DNA of 64,000 nucleotides. It comes from Callorhinchus milii. Its lineage: Eukaryota. The position numbers were made by a program, and so were the translations under genes. This document shows positions 24,351 through 36,745 of this stretch, piece after piece. Each line of letters begins with the position of its first letter. Positions within the stretch are counted from its first letter, which is position 1. Below the pieces are notes generated by a model that was given only the letters and a program-made list of their open reading frames with translations, was not told where the DNA came from and made no database searches. Where the stretch lies: assembly GCF_018977255.1 (NCBI RefSeq), contig NW_024704742.1, positions 15,812,001 to 15,876,000 of the forward strand. The letters run 5' to 3'.

Positions 24351-24764
24351 AGTGTGTGGAAAGCTCTTTTCCCAGGCTAACAACCAGTTCACCAAGCATT
24401 TTTCGTATGACGTAGTGCACCACTAAAATTATACTGTGTTGTAAAAAAAAGTTTCAAACTGGTTAGATTTGCTGTCATTGAAATCTTTTTGTATGTGCTA
24501 GGTTGAATCATGTTTCCTTTGGTTTGTTATCTTGGTCATGATCATCTTTACCGTTAATCTAGTACGGATTATATGTGCTTATTGCTCTTAGTAATGGAAA
24601 AGATGGGATGTCAGCCAGGAAAGAAATAGATTATTTTTTAACTTCACTTGAGTGCAAGACATGGCTGATTCTACTTAGGATTCAATAATGCATAGAGCTG
24701 AATACATTCTAGAAAACATTTCCTTAAAAAAAACTTTACATCAATGATTAGAATCAAAACTGGA

Positions 24765-25185
24765 GTTTCAATGGGTGGTAGTACTTTTGCTCTGGATCAG
24801 AAGGTTGTGAGCTCATTACCTACAACAGCTTGTGGCACACAGGCTGTAACTATTCTACACATGTGTAATGCAGTCCACATACAGTCCACTGCCTCCAAGT
24901 TGGCCATCCCTCGTCTACACCACTCTCCAATGCAGTAAATGGAGAACACTGCATTGTAGGAGGTGCATGATTCGGATGAGATATTAAATCAAGGAATTCT
25001 CTAGCTCTTCAAGTGGACATTAAAGATGCAACAACATCATTCAAAAGACAAGAGAGTTTCTTCTTGTGTCCTTACAAACAATCCTTCAAATATGTCTCTG
25101 ATTAATTGGTCATATACCTTGTAGTTATTTGTGAGACATTGCTGGCACAAATGGCTGTCTAAATAAAATCAAGGATTATTATTAT
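24765..25185 (+). mobile_element. Diverged family-A SINE
   Basis: tcagaaggttgtgag head remnant, gcattgtaggaggtgc...ggatgagatattaaa central domain, caaggattattatt tail. Confidence 0.7.
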
Positions 25186-25500
25186 GTACGTTACCTAATG
25201 TTCCCTGCCTTTTCTCTATGACATACTGAGTAATGAAGGTATCTTCAAGGATGTGCAATTATATCAGGAAGTCCACTTCCCATTAATGAACTTCAATCAA
25301 ATTTATATGTTAGCATCATACAGACCAACTCATTCTATTGCCTGAGGTTCTTCTGACTCACAATAATTACCTTGTTCTTCATGGCATTTGGATACAGAAA
25401 TCAAATGCAATGCAGATGTGAGCAGTTTGTGGATTAGTCTGATTGTTTGTTTAACTTTGACCAAACTCTGGATCTGTGAAGGTTGGAGCTATGCTCTTGG

Positions 25501-25615
25501 AATCATAGGAACAAGAGTAGGCCAGTCAACCCCTTGAGCCTGTTCTGCCATTTTATTAAATCATGGCCGATCTGTACCTTAACTCCAATTACCCGTTTTT
25601 GCCCCATATCCTGTG
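25501..25615 (-). mobile_element. CR1 3' stub (ggaacaggagtaggcc-type tail)
   Basis: cataggaacaagagtaggccagtcaaccccttgagcctg is the reverse complement of the tails at 39200-39241 and 55890-55949. Confidence 0.8.
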
Positions 25616-26469
25616 AATCATCATGAGAAGCCAGCGTGGATGGAGCCAGCTGCCAATTCATAAGAATAGCACAAGTTTAAATCTTCAGATCTTAAAGGCA
25701 GATAAAGCTGCCTTAAAGTTTTTCAATCAGTTGTGCTGCCATCCTTGCTTCACAGAACGGAGGCAAGGCCTGTGTTGGATAACATAGTGAGATGAATTGA
25801 TGTATTATAGATGAACTGCCTGATGCAGTACCAAATCTGGGAGCTCTCACTGTTCAGCCATGTGAGCTGTGCTGACATCTTAAATAGGTCAGGGAAGATG
25901 TGGATTTCAGCCCACACAACCAGAGGCAGATTTCACAGATTAAAGCAACAATATTAGATTTCTCACATCTTTTAGTGGTGTCCGAGCAGTCTTTGAGGAT
26001 CACCTGCACCCTCATTACTTGAAGAACAATCACATCGTTTGGGACCAGATTTATTTGGGAACTAAAATGTCAGAAATGGAAGTCTGAATAAATGAGGTGA
26101 AAATTCTGATCGAGGAATGAGGAATAACTGGGAAATCAAGGTTAGTTAAGTGCTTTGAGATGATTAGTGTTAAAAGTACCATTACACACAGCATACTGAG
26201 AAAGAAACACAGTTTTCTGTGTCAGTCTGGCTCACTTGATAGCAATGTCAAATGCAAGAATTATTAGTTGTTCAGACTGTCTCACTGGCAGGATCTGGAA
26301 GGGCAGACCAGTTGCTGGGTGGGGGCTCCTGTAAACCCTGCAAGCTAAGCCATAGCAGGTAGAGTGGTCCTAGCTGCACAAGCATCGGGAAAGCTTGCCG
26401 CACAGCAATATCAATGGCAAGCTATCTGGTTTTAGCTAATCAGACTCCAGCAGTACCTCAACATACACT

Positions 26470-26694
26470 CTGGGTCCCCAAGCCTTGGCTCTTGCCAAAC
26501 TGTACCTACTGCTTTCCAGAATTAGGTAAACAGGATGCATCCCTCCAGGGAGAGTGTGCTCATTCAATTCCAATAATTTATGTCTGGGATTTTCATGTGT
26601 AGGTGGGATAGATGGAAATCTCAGTTTGGTTTGGATACTCTTAAGCATAGCGATTGGTTTCTGCATGTGTCAGATACCCGGCTGACCAAAAAAA
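26470..26694. mobile_element. Partial copy of the long-TIR MITE family (internal part plus right TIR)
   Basis: ttggctcttgccaa...ccagaatt...atccctcc...ttttcatgtgtag...tctcagtttggtttggatactcttaagcat...gctgaccaaaa aligns with 31765-32058. Confidence 0.75.
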
Positions 26695-27539
26695 CTAGTA
26701 TTTGTAATTGAAGCTGCATTCCTCCTCCACTACTTTTACTTTTTATTCTAGAAATACCAATTCAAATAACTTGACTAAAAATAGCAATGTAAGTGATGTT
26801 TCAACCCCAAAGAAACCTTGCTAACCACATCTCCAAGGAGGATAGTCACAAGTTGGTAATCAGATATCTGAGAAGTGCAGATTTGAGCCCCACATTAGTT
26901 TGAACGTAGGTACCGCAAACATCTCTCAAGCTGCTTGATCTAACAATGGGAGAGTATTTCGCTCACAAATATACAGTATATTCTGAGAAGAGCTTTGAGA
27001 TGTTTTGAAGACATGATAAGGCGCTACATCAAATGCAAGGATTATTATTATTACCACAATATATTTCCCATATAGGAATCATTACATGGATGGAAATATA
27101 TAAAGATCAAATAAACAGGCAACAGTTTCATCCTTTAATTGTTACCTAACTGAAGATATAAGGTCTACACTAAAACGTCCATCAGTGATGGATGTAATAT
27201 CCATCCTAGGATACACTGACACACATCCACCCATGTGTTGTTTTGAAAATATTAAATTTTAAACTTGTAGATCATGTTTTGTTGATGTTTTGTTTTTTTC
27301 ATTGCTTGTAGATCTAATGCAGAGATATTAATGTGAATCAAGGCAACAGATGCTCTGAATCTATTTGGTTTACAATGGTGCATAAAACATGTTGCTCATT
27401 ATGAGGTGTAAACCATTGACAGCATAATCACCAGAGAAAACATGTGAGGATTTTAGCAGTCATGCAGGTAAATATTTTTCAATATTGTTTTTCCCCCAAT
27501 CATTCCCTCCTGCTCTCCAGACTCAAACGGCTTTGGAAT

Positions 27540-27718
27540 GCCCTTCAGTACCTTGCCTAAGTAACAATTCTGTAGTAGTTGGTAGTAGTAGGCAGCTGAT
27601 CTGACCGTAGGAGACATCACAGCCAAGTCTGATCCTTTCCTCACATGTCCACATACACACTTTCCTTCAGGGGTCATTGAATAATGATCAGTAGTGGCTA
27701 CCCTAGCTGGTTTTTTTC
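27540..27718 (-). mobile_element. LF-SINE-like ancient SINE fragment
   Basis: catcacagccaag...gatcct..cctcac...tccacatacacactttcc..caggggtca.tg.ata.tgatcag; homologous to 37325-37600. Confidence 0.55.
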
Positions 27719-28468
27719 TAAAGCCACTTGTTTCCGTATTTGCTTTCAGTCATCTTTCCCCTTCTCAAACCCCCACCCCTTCCCCTCCAGTTTCCAAGCT
27801 CCCAATCCCAGCTTTGGTGCTTGCCAAGCCTGTTAAGTGTTTTGGGATGTCCTCCCAATATGCTATGTAAATGTAGTAATAATAATAATAACCCTTGCAT
27901 TTGATGTAGTGCCTCATCACGTTGGTAAGAAGTCTGAATTCACTTCATAGGATTTTAGTTGCTACTGCTTCTAAGATCGAGTAAATTTTAAACAATAATA
28001 ACCCATCAAGATCATATGAAAGGACTGAACAAGTGTTTCCCCACCACTCTTCCTTCTGAAGGAAATTTCTGGAAAGATGCTTCTTAAACATTGAAGGTAA
28101 TCAAGCAAAAGGCTCCAGAATATTTATTAATTTTCCCATCGCCACTAACCATACCCAGCCTCCTTCCTCCAGAGACAACTCTTCCTTCTCCCACCCCAGC
28201 CATATGTTGGTTGTCCTTCCGGCAGAGAAACCATGTGTGTTTTTTCATATCCATCAGCATTGAGGTTCCTGATTCTGTCAATTCCTTTGAATTATGAATT
28301 ATTAAAGTTAAACCACATGCTTGACTGGAAGATCCAAATGTTCACAATTATGGAAGGAATTCAAAGTGTTTGTGAGGTACAGTAATTAGAAAGGAGAAGC
28401 TCAAGAAGCCAAAAGCAGAGGTTAAAGGACAGAGAAAGGCTGGGCCTTTTCTCTACAGCCAGAGTACC

Positions 28469-28610
28469 TTAGAAATTCATTAGTACAGAAGAAGGTCATT
28501 CAGCCCATCATATCTATACTAGCTTCCTCAAGAGCAATCCTTTCATTATATTAATGTTCCCTTTCCATAAACCCCTCCAGCTGACTCTTTTTAAGGTACG
28601 TGTCTAGTTC
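28469..28610 (-). mobile_element. CR1 3' stub
   Basis: tagaaatt...acagaagaaggtcattcagcccatc. Confidence 0.6.
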
Positions 28611-29339
28611 CATCTCATACTACTGTTCCATCTCATAGGTTTTCTAAATAAATAAGGATGATGCTCCTGCTGGTTGGACAACACCTTAGTTTTCTTGATG
28701 TAATTTGTCTGCCAGGGAAACATGCCACTTTGGTGTTTCACCCCGTCCTTAAATGTTGTGGTGAAATATTTGGGCCCAACTCACTGTAGTGATTCATTTT
28801 AGAGGGAGTTGGTGTTTCAATCTACCTCAGGCTACCTGGTCCTGCTTCATTTTCATGCATTACCCAATTTTAAGAACTTTTAGTTTTAAGAATGTCGCTC
28901 TGGGAATGTTTTTTCCCATTTCTATTTGTGAGTCTGATTGTAAACCCCTCTTTGTCCTTAATAGATTATTTAGTCACCCTCATTTTGTGGAAATAAAAAG
29001 TTTGCTTCCGAGGGAAGGACTGAATGTTCCGTACATCTAAAATATGTAACGTTTTGATCATCCGAATAGAGAGGAAAAAATGTATTCCATACAAAGGCAA
29101 ACCATTGAATTATAGACCCAGATTTATTCTGTTAACCTAGTACCATCTGTTACTGAACAAGATGAAAAACAGGAGTTTCAGGAGGTTTACAATAATCTCC
29201 AAGGCCCAACTTGGTCTTGCTGAATGAAGATACACTGTGGTGTTCTTTTGTTAGATTGTGAAGAATTTTAGCCTAATAATTCAGATGTTCTGAATACAAT
29301 GCCTTGCACCCTCCCTCCCCTTCAAAACCAGCCTGATGA

Positions 29340-29405
29340 TCTTGGGACGTCCTCCTGACGTGAAAGGCGCTTTATAAATGGAATCTTGTTGTTGTTGTTG
29401 TTGTT
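29340..29405 (+). mobile_element. Young L2 3' tail stub with (gtt)n end
   Basis: cttgggacgtcctcctgacgtgaaaggcgctttataaatggaatctt(gtt)n. Confidence 0.8.
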
Positions 29406-29519
29406 TACAAGTGCACCTTCAGCCATCTTTATCCCTCCCCTGCTCAGCTTCTCTGCTCCAACCACCCAGTAGCTACGTAAGATTGCTTTTGAAATTTCTG
29501 CCCAACATGAAATAATAAT

Positions 29520-29824
29520 CAAAAACAGAAGTTGCTGGGAACACTCAGCAGGTCAGGCAGCATCTATGGAGAAAGGAAAGTGAGTCCACAACCCTTTGTC
29601 AGAACTGGAGAAGAGCAAAACTTCTTCAACATAGGCATTCCTAGAAGAGAAGTGGCAGTGAATTAAATATAAACAAAATGCAAAATACTGCAGATGCTAA
29701 AACATTAAAATGTTGACTCACTTTCCTTTCTCCATAGATGCTGCATGACCTGCTGAGTGTTCCCAGCGACTTCTGTTTTTGTTTCAGAGTTACAGCATCT
29801 GCAGTATTTTGCATTTTGTTTATA
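29520..29824. mobile_element. Second Penelope-like palindromic element with two overlapping inverted-repeat pairs
   Basis: 29521-29586 pairs with about 29714-29780; 29668-29698 (tataaacaaaatgcaaaatactgcagatgct) pairs exactly with 29794-29824. Confidence 0.7.
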
Positions 29825-30879
29825 GGAAATAATAATCATTACTTTTAATAAAGCAACTTTCATGTCAGAGAACGTCCCAAAGCCCTTCATAGGATATGCT
29901 GTAAAGTGCAGATAGCTTGTGTTTTGCAGGCAAATGCCTGAAAAAAGCGCTATATAATTGCAAATTGTGAAAGGCCAATATAAATGTAAATTGTTGTTCT
30001 TGCGCAATGATAAAGATGCATTGTCTCCCAATTATGTTTTGCCAATATATAAAAAAAACTGTACAAACTTTGCAATTCGCAATTGGATAAAGTACTGAAA
30101 TTGAACGACTGCATAGGAAGTGATGACATGGTATGTCATGGTACATGAGATCAAGAGGGGCTTTTATGTTAAAATTTGTGAATGATTTAAATTGTCATTT
30201 TGACATATTTCATAGTCTCGCTAGGTTTCAATTTTCTGAACATGTTTCACCATATACAGCACTGGACACAAGCTTCTGTTCAGTTCACTGATGCTGATAC
30301 TAGTTACAGAAGAATTTCCCCTCAAGACAACCATCTCCGAACCACTGTGGACTTCAAACGCCAGCTATCTGACATCCAAAGCATTGCAAAGAATCGCTTC
30401 AGTGGCAAATGCTAATTTCTGTCTTATTAAATTTGAGTGACTGTAGTTGAAGAAGAAATCACCTCTTTTCAACCAGACACCAGTCAGATATATTTGCACC
30501 TGAGATTGGGTCAGAAAAAGTACCACTGGGTTTGGCCAAGTGGAAAATTGACGTTCTAATTCTACAGCATTAGAATTCCAGTACTTCAAATATTGATAAC
30601 AATCTGAGTAGAGTTTCAGTAATAGCATCATTTTCATTAGGCTTTTTACAGGAAACGCCCCCAGAACAATTCAATTGGAATATTGCAGCAATGAGGTGAC
30701 AGAATTGTTCCGTGACTGTCAGAAATCTTATATCAGACTGCAAACCATTTTATTGCAGCTACACAGCAATTTTGTAGGTAAAAATAAAAGTAACTTAGGC
30801 TTTGTGTCTGCTGAAGCACATGAGTGTTGGTGGTCTTTAGCTGTTTTGGGGTTCAGAAAGGGGTTCAGTTTTATTTTTA

Positions 30880-31293
30880 TCCCTCTGAATCAGAAGGTTA
30901 TGGGTTCAAGCCCCACATCTGGACTTGCAATCACAAAATCTAAGTTGGCACTACAACGCAGTGTGGGGGGTGTGTTGCATTGTTGAAGGTGTCATCCTTT
31001 AGATGAGATGTTAAACCGAGATCCAGTCTGCCCATTCAGGTAGCTGTTAAAGATCTCATGGCACTATTCAAAAAAAGAAGGGAGATTCTCCCATGTTTCT
31101 AGCCAACAATTCCCCAAACAAAATTGGTCACTCACTCCATGGCTGTTGGTGGGACATTGAGTCTACAACTGGCTACTGCAATTTGGCCACCAAATACACA
31201 GACAATTCACTTTACAGTATGTCCTGTGAAGCTCTTTGAGGCAACTCAATGACATGATAAGACACTACATCAAATGCAAGCATTATTATTATT
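30880..31293 (+). mobile_element. Family-A SINE
   Basis: cctctgaatcagaaggttatgggttcaagccccac head through the caaatgcaagcattattatt tail. Confidence 0.85.
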
Positions 31294-31706
31294 GTGAGAG
31301 GGTAATCTGCATTTGGGATGGGTTACCAGGTAGGGTAATTGAAGACAGTATACTGGATGCATTAAAGAAACAGTTTGACCGAGTCATGGGAAGACATTAA
31401 GGTGTGTGTGTTTCTCGAAGGATGAGATCAAATATACTTTCTTCATGAAAATTTTCTTGTGATCTTGTTTGCCAACAAATTCACAGTCATTGTACTTTTC
31501 AAGAAATCTTGTGACGTGCTTTGAGACTTAAAATGCAGATGTCAAATGTAAGGATTGATTACTTATTTAGAACTCAATAACCAAATATTCTGATTAATCC
31601 CAGCTAAACTATTGCTTGGTGAAGAGGATCCCAAATTGCACTCCTTATAAGTGAGATCAGTACCTTAAACCTTTCTCACTCACTCATTCTACTTTCCTCC
31701 ACTCAC

Positions 31707-32058
31707 TTTATTTTGGTCATCCAGGGTGTCTGACCCATCACCATGCTTATGAGTATCCCAACACGGTTGGCTCTTGCCAACGTGCACTTAATACTCTCCA
31801 GAATTAAATAAGCAGAGTGTATCCCTCCTCGGAAAGAATGCATATTCCATTCTAGCCACCAGGAAATTTTCATATGTAGATGGCATTATTTATTTTTTCT
31901 TTAAGAGATCTGGAAGCCATGATAAGGTGTTATATCAAATGGAAGGATTATTATTAGCATTATTATTATTAGATGTAGGACTCTCAGTCTGGTTTGGATA
32001 CTCTCAAGCATGGTGATGGGTTTCCGCATGTGTCAGGCACCTCACTGACCAAAATAAA
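31707..32058. mobile_element. Complete copy of an unclassified MITE with TIRs of about 60 bp; carries a SINE/L2 tail stub at about 31915-31970
   Basis: Left tttattttggtca...gtctgac-ccatcaccatgctt..gagtatcc versus right ggatactctcaagcatggtgatggg...gtcagg...tgaccaaaataaa. Confidence 0.75.
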
Positions 32059-32388
32059 ATGTTAATTAACACAATAAACATCATAATTTTCACTCCAGTA
32101 TAAGCTAAAAAAACTTTACCAATAGAAACATGTTAGTAATAACATAGCAAGAAAGGTTCATCAATGGCTGTTATAATTTTGTTCCACGAACAAAATGGAT
32201 GTTTTGTGCGAACAAAATGGATGCCTCATATTCCACATTCATGAATACCAAGCACTCATACTGTGTGAACACCCGTCAAAAAGTTAATTTAACATGACTG
32301 TTTTTAACAATAACAATGAGAGATGGTGGTGCTTATAGCCATGAATGAACCAGTGAATCACTTTTGGAAATGTGATTCACTTTCTATG

Positions 32389-32443
32389 CAGCTGGATATC
32401 TGACACATGCGGAAACCCATCACCATGCTTAAGAGTATTCAAA
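32389..32443. mobile_element. Solo left-type TIR of the same MITE family
   Basis: tctgacacatgcggaaacccatcaccatgcttaagagtat is nearly the exact reverse complement of 31998-32037. Confidence 0.75.
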
Positions 32444-33874
32444 TTCCAAATTTGAATCTCTTTAAATGTTCATCCTAATTATACCGAAGTATGCAGTTTT
32501 GTTTAAACTTATAGAGATTAACTTATTGATATTCCATTCACATCCATGTTAAAGCATCTTGTAATTACATAGTTTGCATGATAATTTCTTTTGATTGAAA
32601 ATCAGAATCTGTCAAGCACCAACTGGATTCAAACACAGGTGGAAAAATTCCTCTTACACTTTCGGAATATGTGTGGGGAAAATACCAGTAAAGTGCACAT
32701 TGTCAAAGCCGTTACATTTAGGGTCAAGCATTTTAGCCCATCAATGTCTATTTAACACTCAAAGGGTCTTTGACAAAATATAGCACATCCTGTTGAACCT
32801 GAAAAATCAAACTTACAATAATTATTCAAGACGGCTGTTTTAGAATTCTATTAGTTGCTCTGTGATTACAAGATTGGAAACTAAGATTCAATTCATTCAG
32901 ATACAAGAGGCCCAATTTTGCAAAATCAGAAGTCTTGAAACAGGAAATCTCAGAGCGCACCTTATAACATATATAACATTTTAAATGGGATCGAAAAATT
33001 AAAACGAGAACAACACTTCCAGATGCACTAAAATAGTAGAACAAGATGACATAGGTTTAAAATTGCAATGGCCTATTTCAGGATAGACACCGGGAAGTGT
33101 TTATTTGCAAAGAGGGTAATTAATGATAGCACTGGTACCAGAAAGTTTGGATAAGACAGGTTGGGAGACTCATTGAAAAATAGCTTGAAAATAAATAATA
33201 TTTTCCAATATGTGAAACATTGGTGGTTCGGATTCTTAAAGTCGAGGTGAGCACCAAAAGCTGTCTGTCACATGGGAAGCGAGCGGTCAATGTGCAGTGA
33301 AAGGGCTCCACAGGGCAATTACATTATAAGCGAAATTCCACTTTAGTGAAGCATGTTATAGTGAGTCTGTCTATATATCGATCAATTTTAATCTTAGCCA
33401 GTTTGTTTCAAAGACTGCATGGTGATGATTACTTGTTTCAATGAAGTTTAGCAGACCAAGTAATTTTTCATCATTGTTAAGTGTTGTCAATTGGTTTTGT
33501 GCAAACTGAATCATTGAGTAAAATGGTGAATGCCCTGTTATACAAAAGAAACCGTTGCAAGTTAGTATTTCTATTGAGCACCTGGAGCACTTACAATTGT
33601 ATTGTATTGCTGATTGAACTGTAACGTTTGACAACCCAGTCATGCATTGATCAGGATTCAGCTACGTATACAAGATTCAACTCTGTTTTCGCAGGTGTGA
33701 CTGAGATTGAGTTTAACAGCCCGCAGAGTGTCAATAAAGTAACTGCAGGAGCAACACAAGTTCTTTAAGATTCAAAAGCTCAATTGCCTCAGAGCTAACT
33801 GTCTGTAGGTTCCAAGTTTATTTTAAATAAGACCAGTTACTAAAACCTGTGGTTTTAATGTTATCTTGGCACTC

Positions 33875-34180
33875 GCAGTCTATGCTGATGCCTAATGCAG
33901 TGCTGTGTTGTTGGAGATGTTTTCCTTTGGATTAGAAATTAACACAAAGATACCAATGCACCATTAGAAAAGAGAAGGAAGTTTCTCCTGGGGTCCTGGT
34001 CAACAATCCCCCCAAATAAAATTGGTCATTCACTTCAAGGCTGTTTGTGGGACAAAATTAAAATTGTTCAGTTTGCCTACCAAATACTCAGCAACTATAC
34101 TTTATTGTATGTTCTGTGAAGCCTCTTGAGCTGTCTTCCCAACATGAGAGGTATTATTTCAAATGCAAGAATTATTATTT
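33875..34180 (+). mobile_element. 5'-truncated family-A SINE
   Basis: agtctatgctga...tgttggag...ctcctggggtcctggtcaacaatcccccaaataaaattggtcattcacttc...tail. Confidence 0.8.
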
Positions 34181-34751
34181 TGGTTTTGATTCCAGGATGA
34201 CAGATGATTGCAGTTGAAGAATCAAAGAACAGATTAATATGCCTTGATATTGGTTGAAAGGCAAATAACTGATTATTATACTAAAAAATCTAACATTACA
34301 GGGCAAAGGGTTCATTTTATTCATTACAGTGTTACATTTTGTGTTTATTTTTTGCTTGAGTACATATTCGTTTTTTTCTAACTATCTCTCACGAATCACA
34401 GTGTTGACAATCGTCAATTGTTTTTGTGTGACACTGACTCAAATGGAGTCCAACTTCATTACTAATAAATGACAGGACATACTATCTATCCCTGTTGATA
34501 GGTATAGACACACATAGATGGGTGATTCATATCGGCAGATGGTGAAGAAAAATATAGTAGTGACTAATTTTATTGATAAATTGACCCAACACTTCTATAC
34601 TTTCCAGTTTTCAAATAATATGTTGACAGAGCTTAAATTGCAAAAGTATAAGTTTGTGTTCAGGTCAACACTTCAAGTGTCTGAATTTCCAAATACAAGA
34701 AGTTCAGCAATTCTGGCAGAAGCAATGCATTTTTCCCCAACCATAAAATAA

Positions 34752-35190
34752 GGTGTCAGACTGGATCAGTTGATAGCACTCTCGTCTCTGAGTCAGAAGG
34801 TTGTGGGTTCAAAACACACATTAGGACTTTGAACTCACAGTCTTGGCTTACACTCCAATGCGGTGCTTGGAAAATGCTGAGGTGGCATCTTTTGGATGAG
34901 ACATTAAACCGAGGATCTGTCTGCAAGTTCAAACGAGCATTAAAGATCTAAGGCACTATTTGAAAAGAGAAGTTGCTCCCAGTGGCCTGGTCAACAACCA
35001 CTCAGAAAAAAAATGGTTCTTCACTTCATGGTTGTTTCTGGGACATTGCTGTGTGCAAATTGGCTGCCGCGTTCACCCACAAATATACATTCAATTCACT
35101 TTACAGTGTGTTCTGTGAAGCGCTTTGGGACGTCCTCCCGACGTGAAAAGCTCCATATCAAATGCAAGAATTATTATTATTATTATTATA
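34752..35190 (+). mobile_element. Complete family-A SINE (about 440 bp)
   Basis: tRNA-like head with A/B-box-like motifs (tggatcagttg; ggttcaaaa), central domain, L2-derived tail and (att)n. Confidence 0.9.
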
Positions 35191-35299
35191 TTTGTCTATG
35201 TTGTTGTTGTTAATCTTATGAAGTGCTTTGAGACATCGTCATAATGTGAAAGGCACTTTATCAAATGTAAGAATTATTATTATAATAGATCAAGATTGT

Positions 35300-35450
35300 A
35301 GCTCCTCTGATGGCTTATTGGATAAAGACATTTCCAATGCAATCACAGGGCCAACAAATCAGAAGGTTGAAGATTCAAATCTCGATCAGTGTCAGCTAGT
35401 TGATCTCAGCTAATATTTGAAAAGTTATGAAGGATTACCCTGGAATTGAG
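35300..35450 (+). mobile_element. LF-SINE-like head fragment
   Basis: ctcctctgatggctta.tgg.taaag...ttcaaatc...tagttgatctcagct; similar to the reverse complement of 37480-37600. Confidence 0.45.
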
Positions 35451-35504
35451 AAGATTAATAGTGGATCTAACAGAGATTTCAAAATTATGAGTGGTTTTAA
35501 TAAT

Positions 35505-35910
35505 AATAATGATTCTTAAATTTGATATAGTGTCTTGTCATGTCATCAAGTTATCTCAAAGCACTTCACAGAATTTTACTGTGAGGTTTAGTGACTGTGT
35601 ATTTACAGGCAAATGCAGCAGCCAATGTGTACATAGCAATGTGCCACAGGAGTGATTCTTCCAATTTCTATCTGATATTCTCTTCCCTCCACTGGTAGTT
35701 GTTGGTGGTTTGGCTCAGTGTTCAGACTGGCTCAGTTGGTTGTACTCTTGCTTGAGATAAAAAATTCTGGGTCCAAGCCCCATGTCAGAACTGTGAACTC
35801 ACATTGTCTAGGGTGACACTCCATTGAGTGCTTGCAAAATACAGTCACAACACATTGAACTTAATCTTGTGAAGCAATGTGAGACAGCCTCCCACCCTTG
35901 CTATGTCAAA
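35505..35910. mobile_element. Head-to-head SINE remnants (3' half on minus, 35505-35660; family-A head and tail on plus, 35718-35910)
   Basis: Shared tail and body motifs; tggctcagttggt head. Confidence 0.65.
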
Positions 35911-36617
35911 TACAGGGTTTACGTTGCTGCCTCTGTGCTTGAGGTGCCTTAGATTGGAGTGGTTTTCGAACTTTCACCTATCTCTGCTCCGTTGTGCAAA
36001 CGCTCAATCACCCAAATGTACTATATTGCTTCTTCCATACAGCAGACTAGTCACAGGTTAATATGAAAAAAAAGGCCACATTCAAACAACATACACAATA
36101 GCCTAGTGAGTAAAAGCTATTCTGCTGAGCAATGACTGGAAGAACACAGATCAAGCTCTAAAATCTGTCACATTAAATACTATTATAGCACAACATCCTA
36201 CTGTTAGAAATTTTATTTTGTCTTGTTTGTCTTCTCAGGTTGGTGAAACTGTTGTGGTTAATATTCTGATCAAAGCAACTCTCAAAACCCATTGTATACA
36301 TAATTCAGCCTTCTCGACTGATGGTTAACTTTTGTCAGACTAGGATTATGATTGGGTAAGTGGTAGTTCTGAGGCTCACTTTACATTTCTGAACAGCATA
36401 ACTGTCAGTTGGTGTTGACGATAAAGTTACACTTCATATCCATCCAACATTCAAGTAAAAAAAAGGACAAACTGTGCACTTCCCCCCTTCCCCATCCCCA
36501 ATGGATCCAGCTGTTTGACTTCTGACTGGTCTGATAATCTTATATCTGAGATTTTCAGACCTTTTAATTGAGAAATATGGGGTTGGATGGGTTAATATCC
36601 AGTAATAAGTGCATATT

Positions 36618-36745
36618 TGTACGCAATTGGCTGCCGTTTTTCTGCCACAAACATCCAGTCAATTTGCTTTACAGTATATTCTGTGAATCGCTTTGAGACA
36701 TCTCGAAGATGTGAAAAGAGCTATATCAAATGCAAGGATTAATAT
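36618..36745 (+). mobile_element. SINE 3' body/tail stub
   Basis: gcaattggctgccg...cagtcaatt...gtgaatcgctttgagacatctcgaagatgtgaaaagagctatatcaaatgcaaggatt. Confidence 0.85.

Noticed and set aside
25975..26095. Possible terminal exon GVRAVFEDHLHPHYLKNNHIVWDQIYLGTKMSEMEV-stop followed by AATAAA
   Set aside because: The poly(A) signal overlaps the stop, no homology is recognised and there are no supporting upstream exons.
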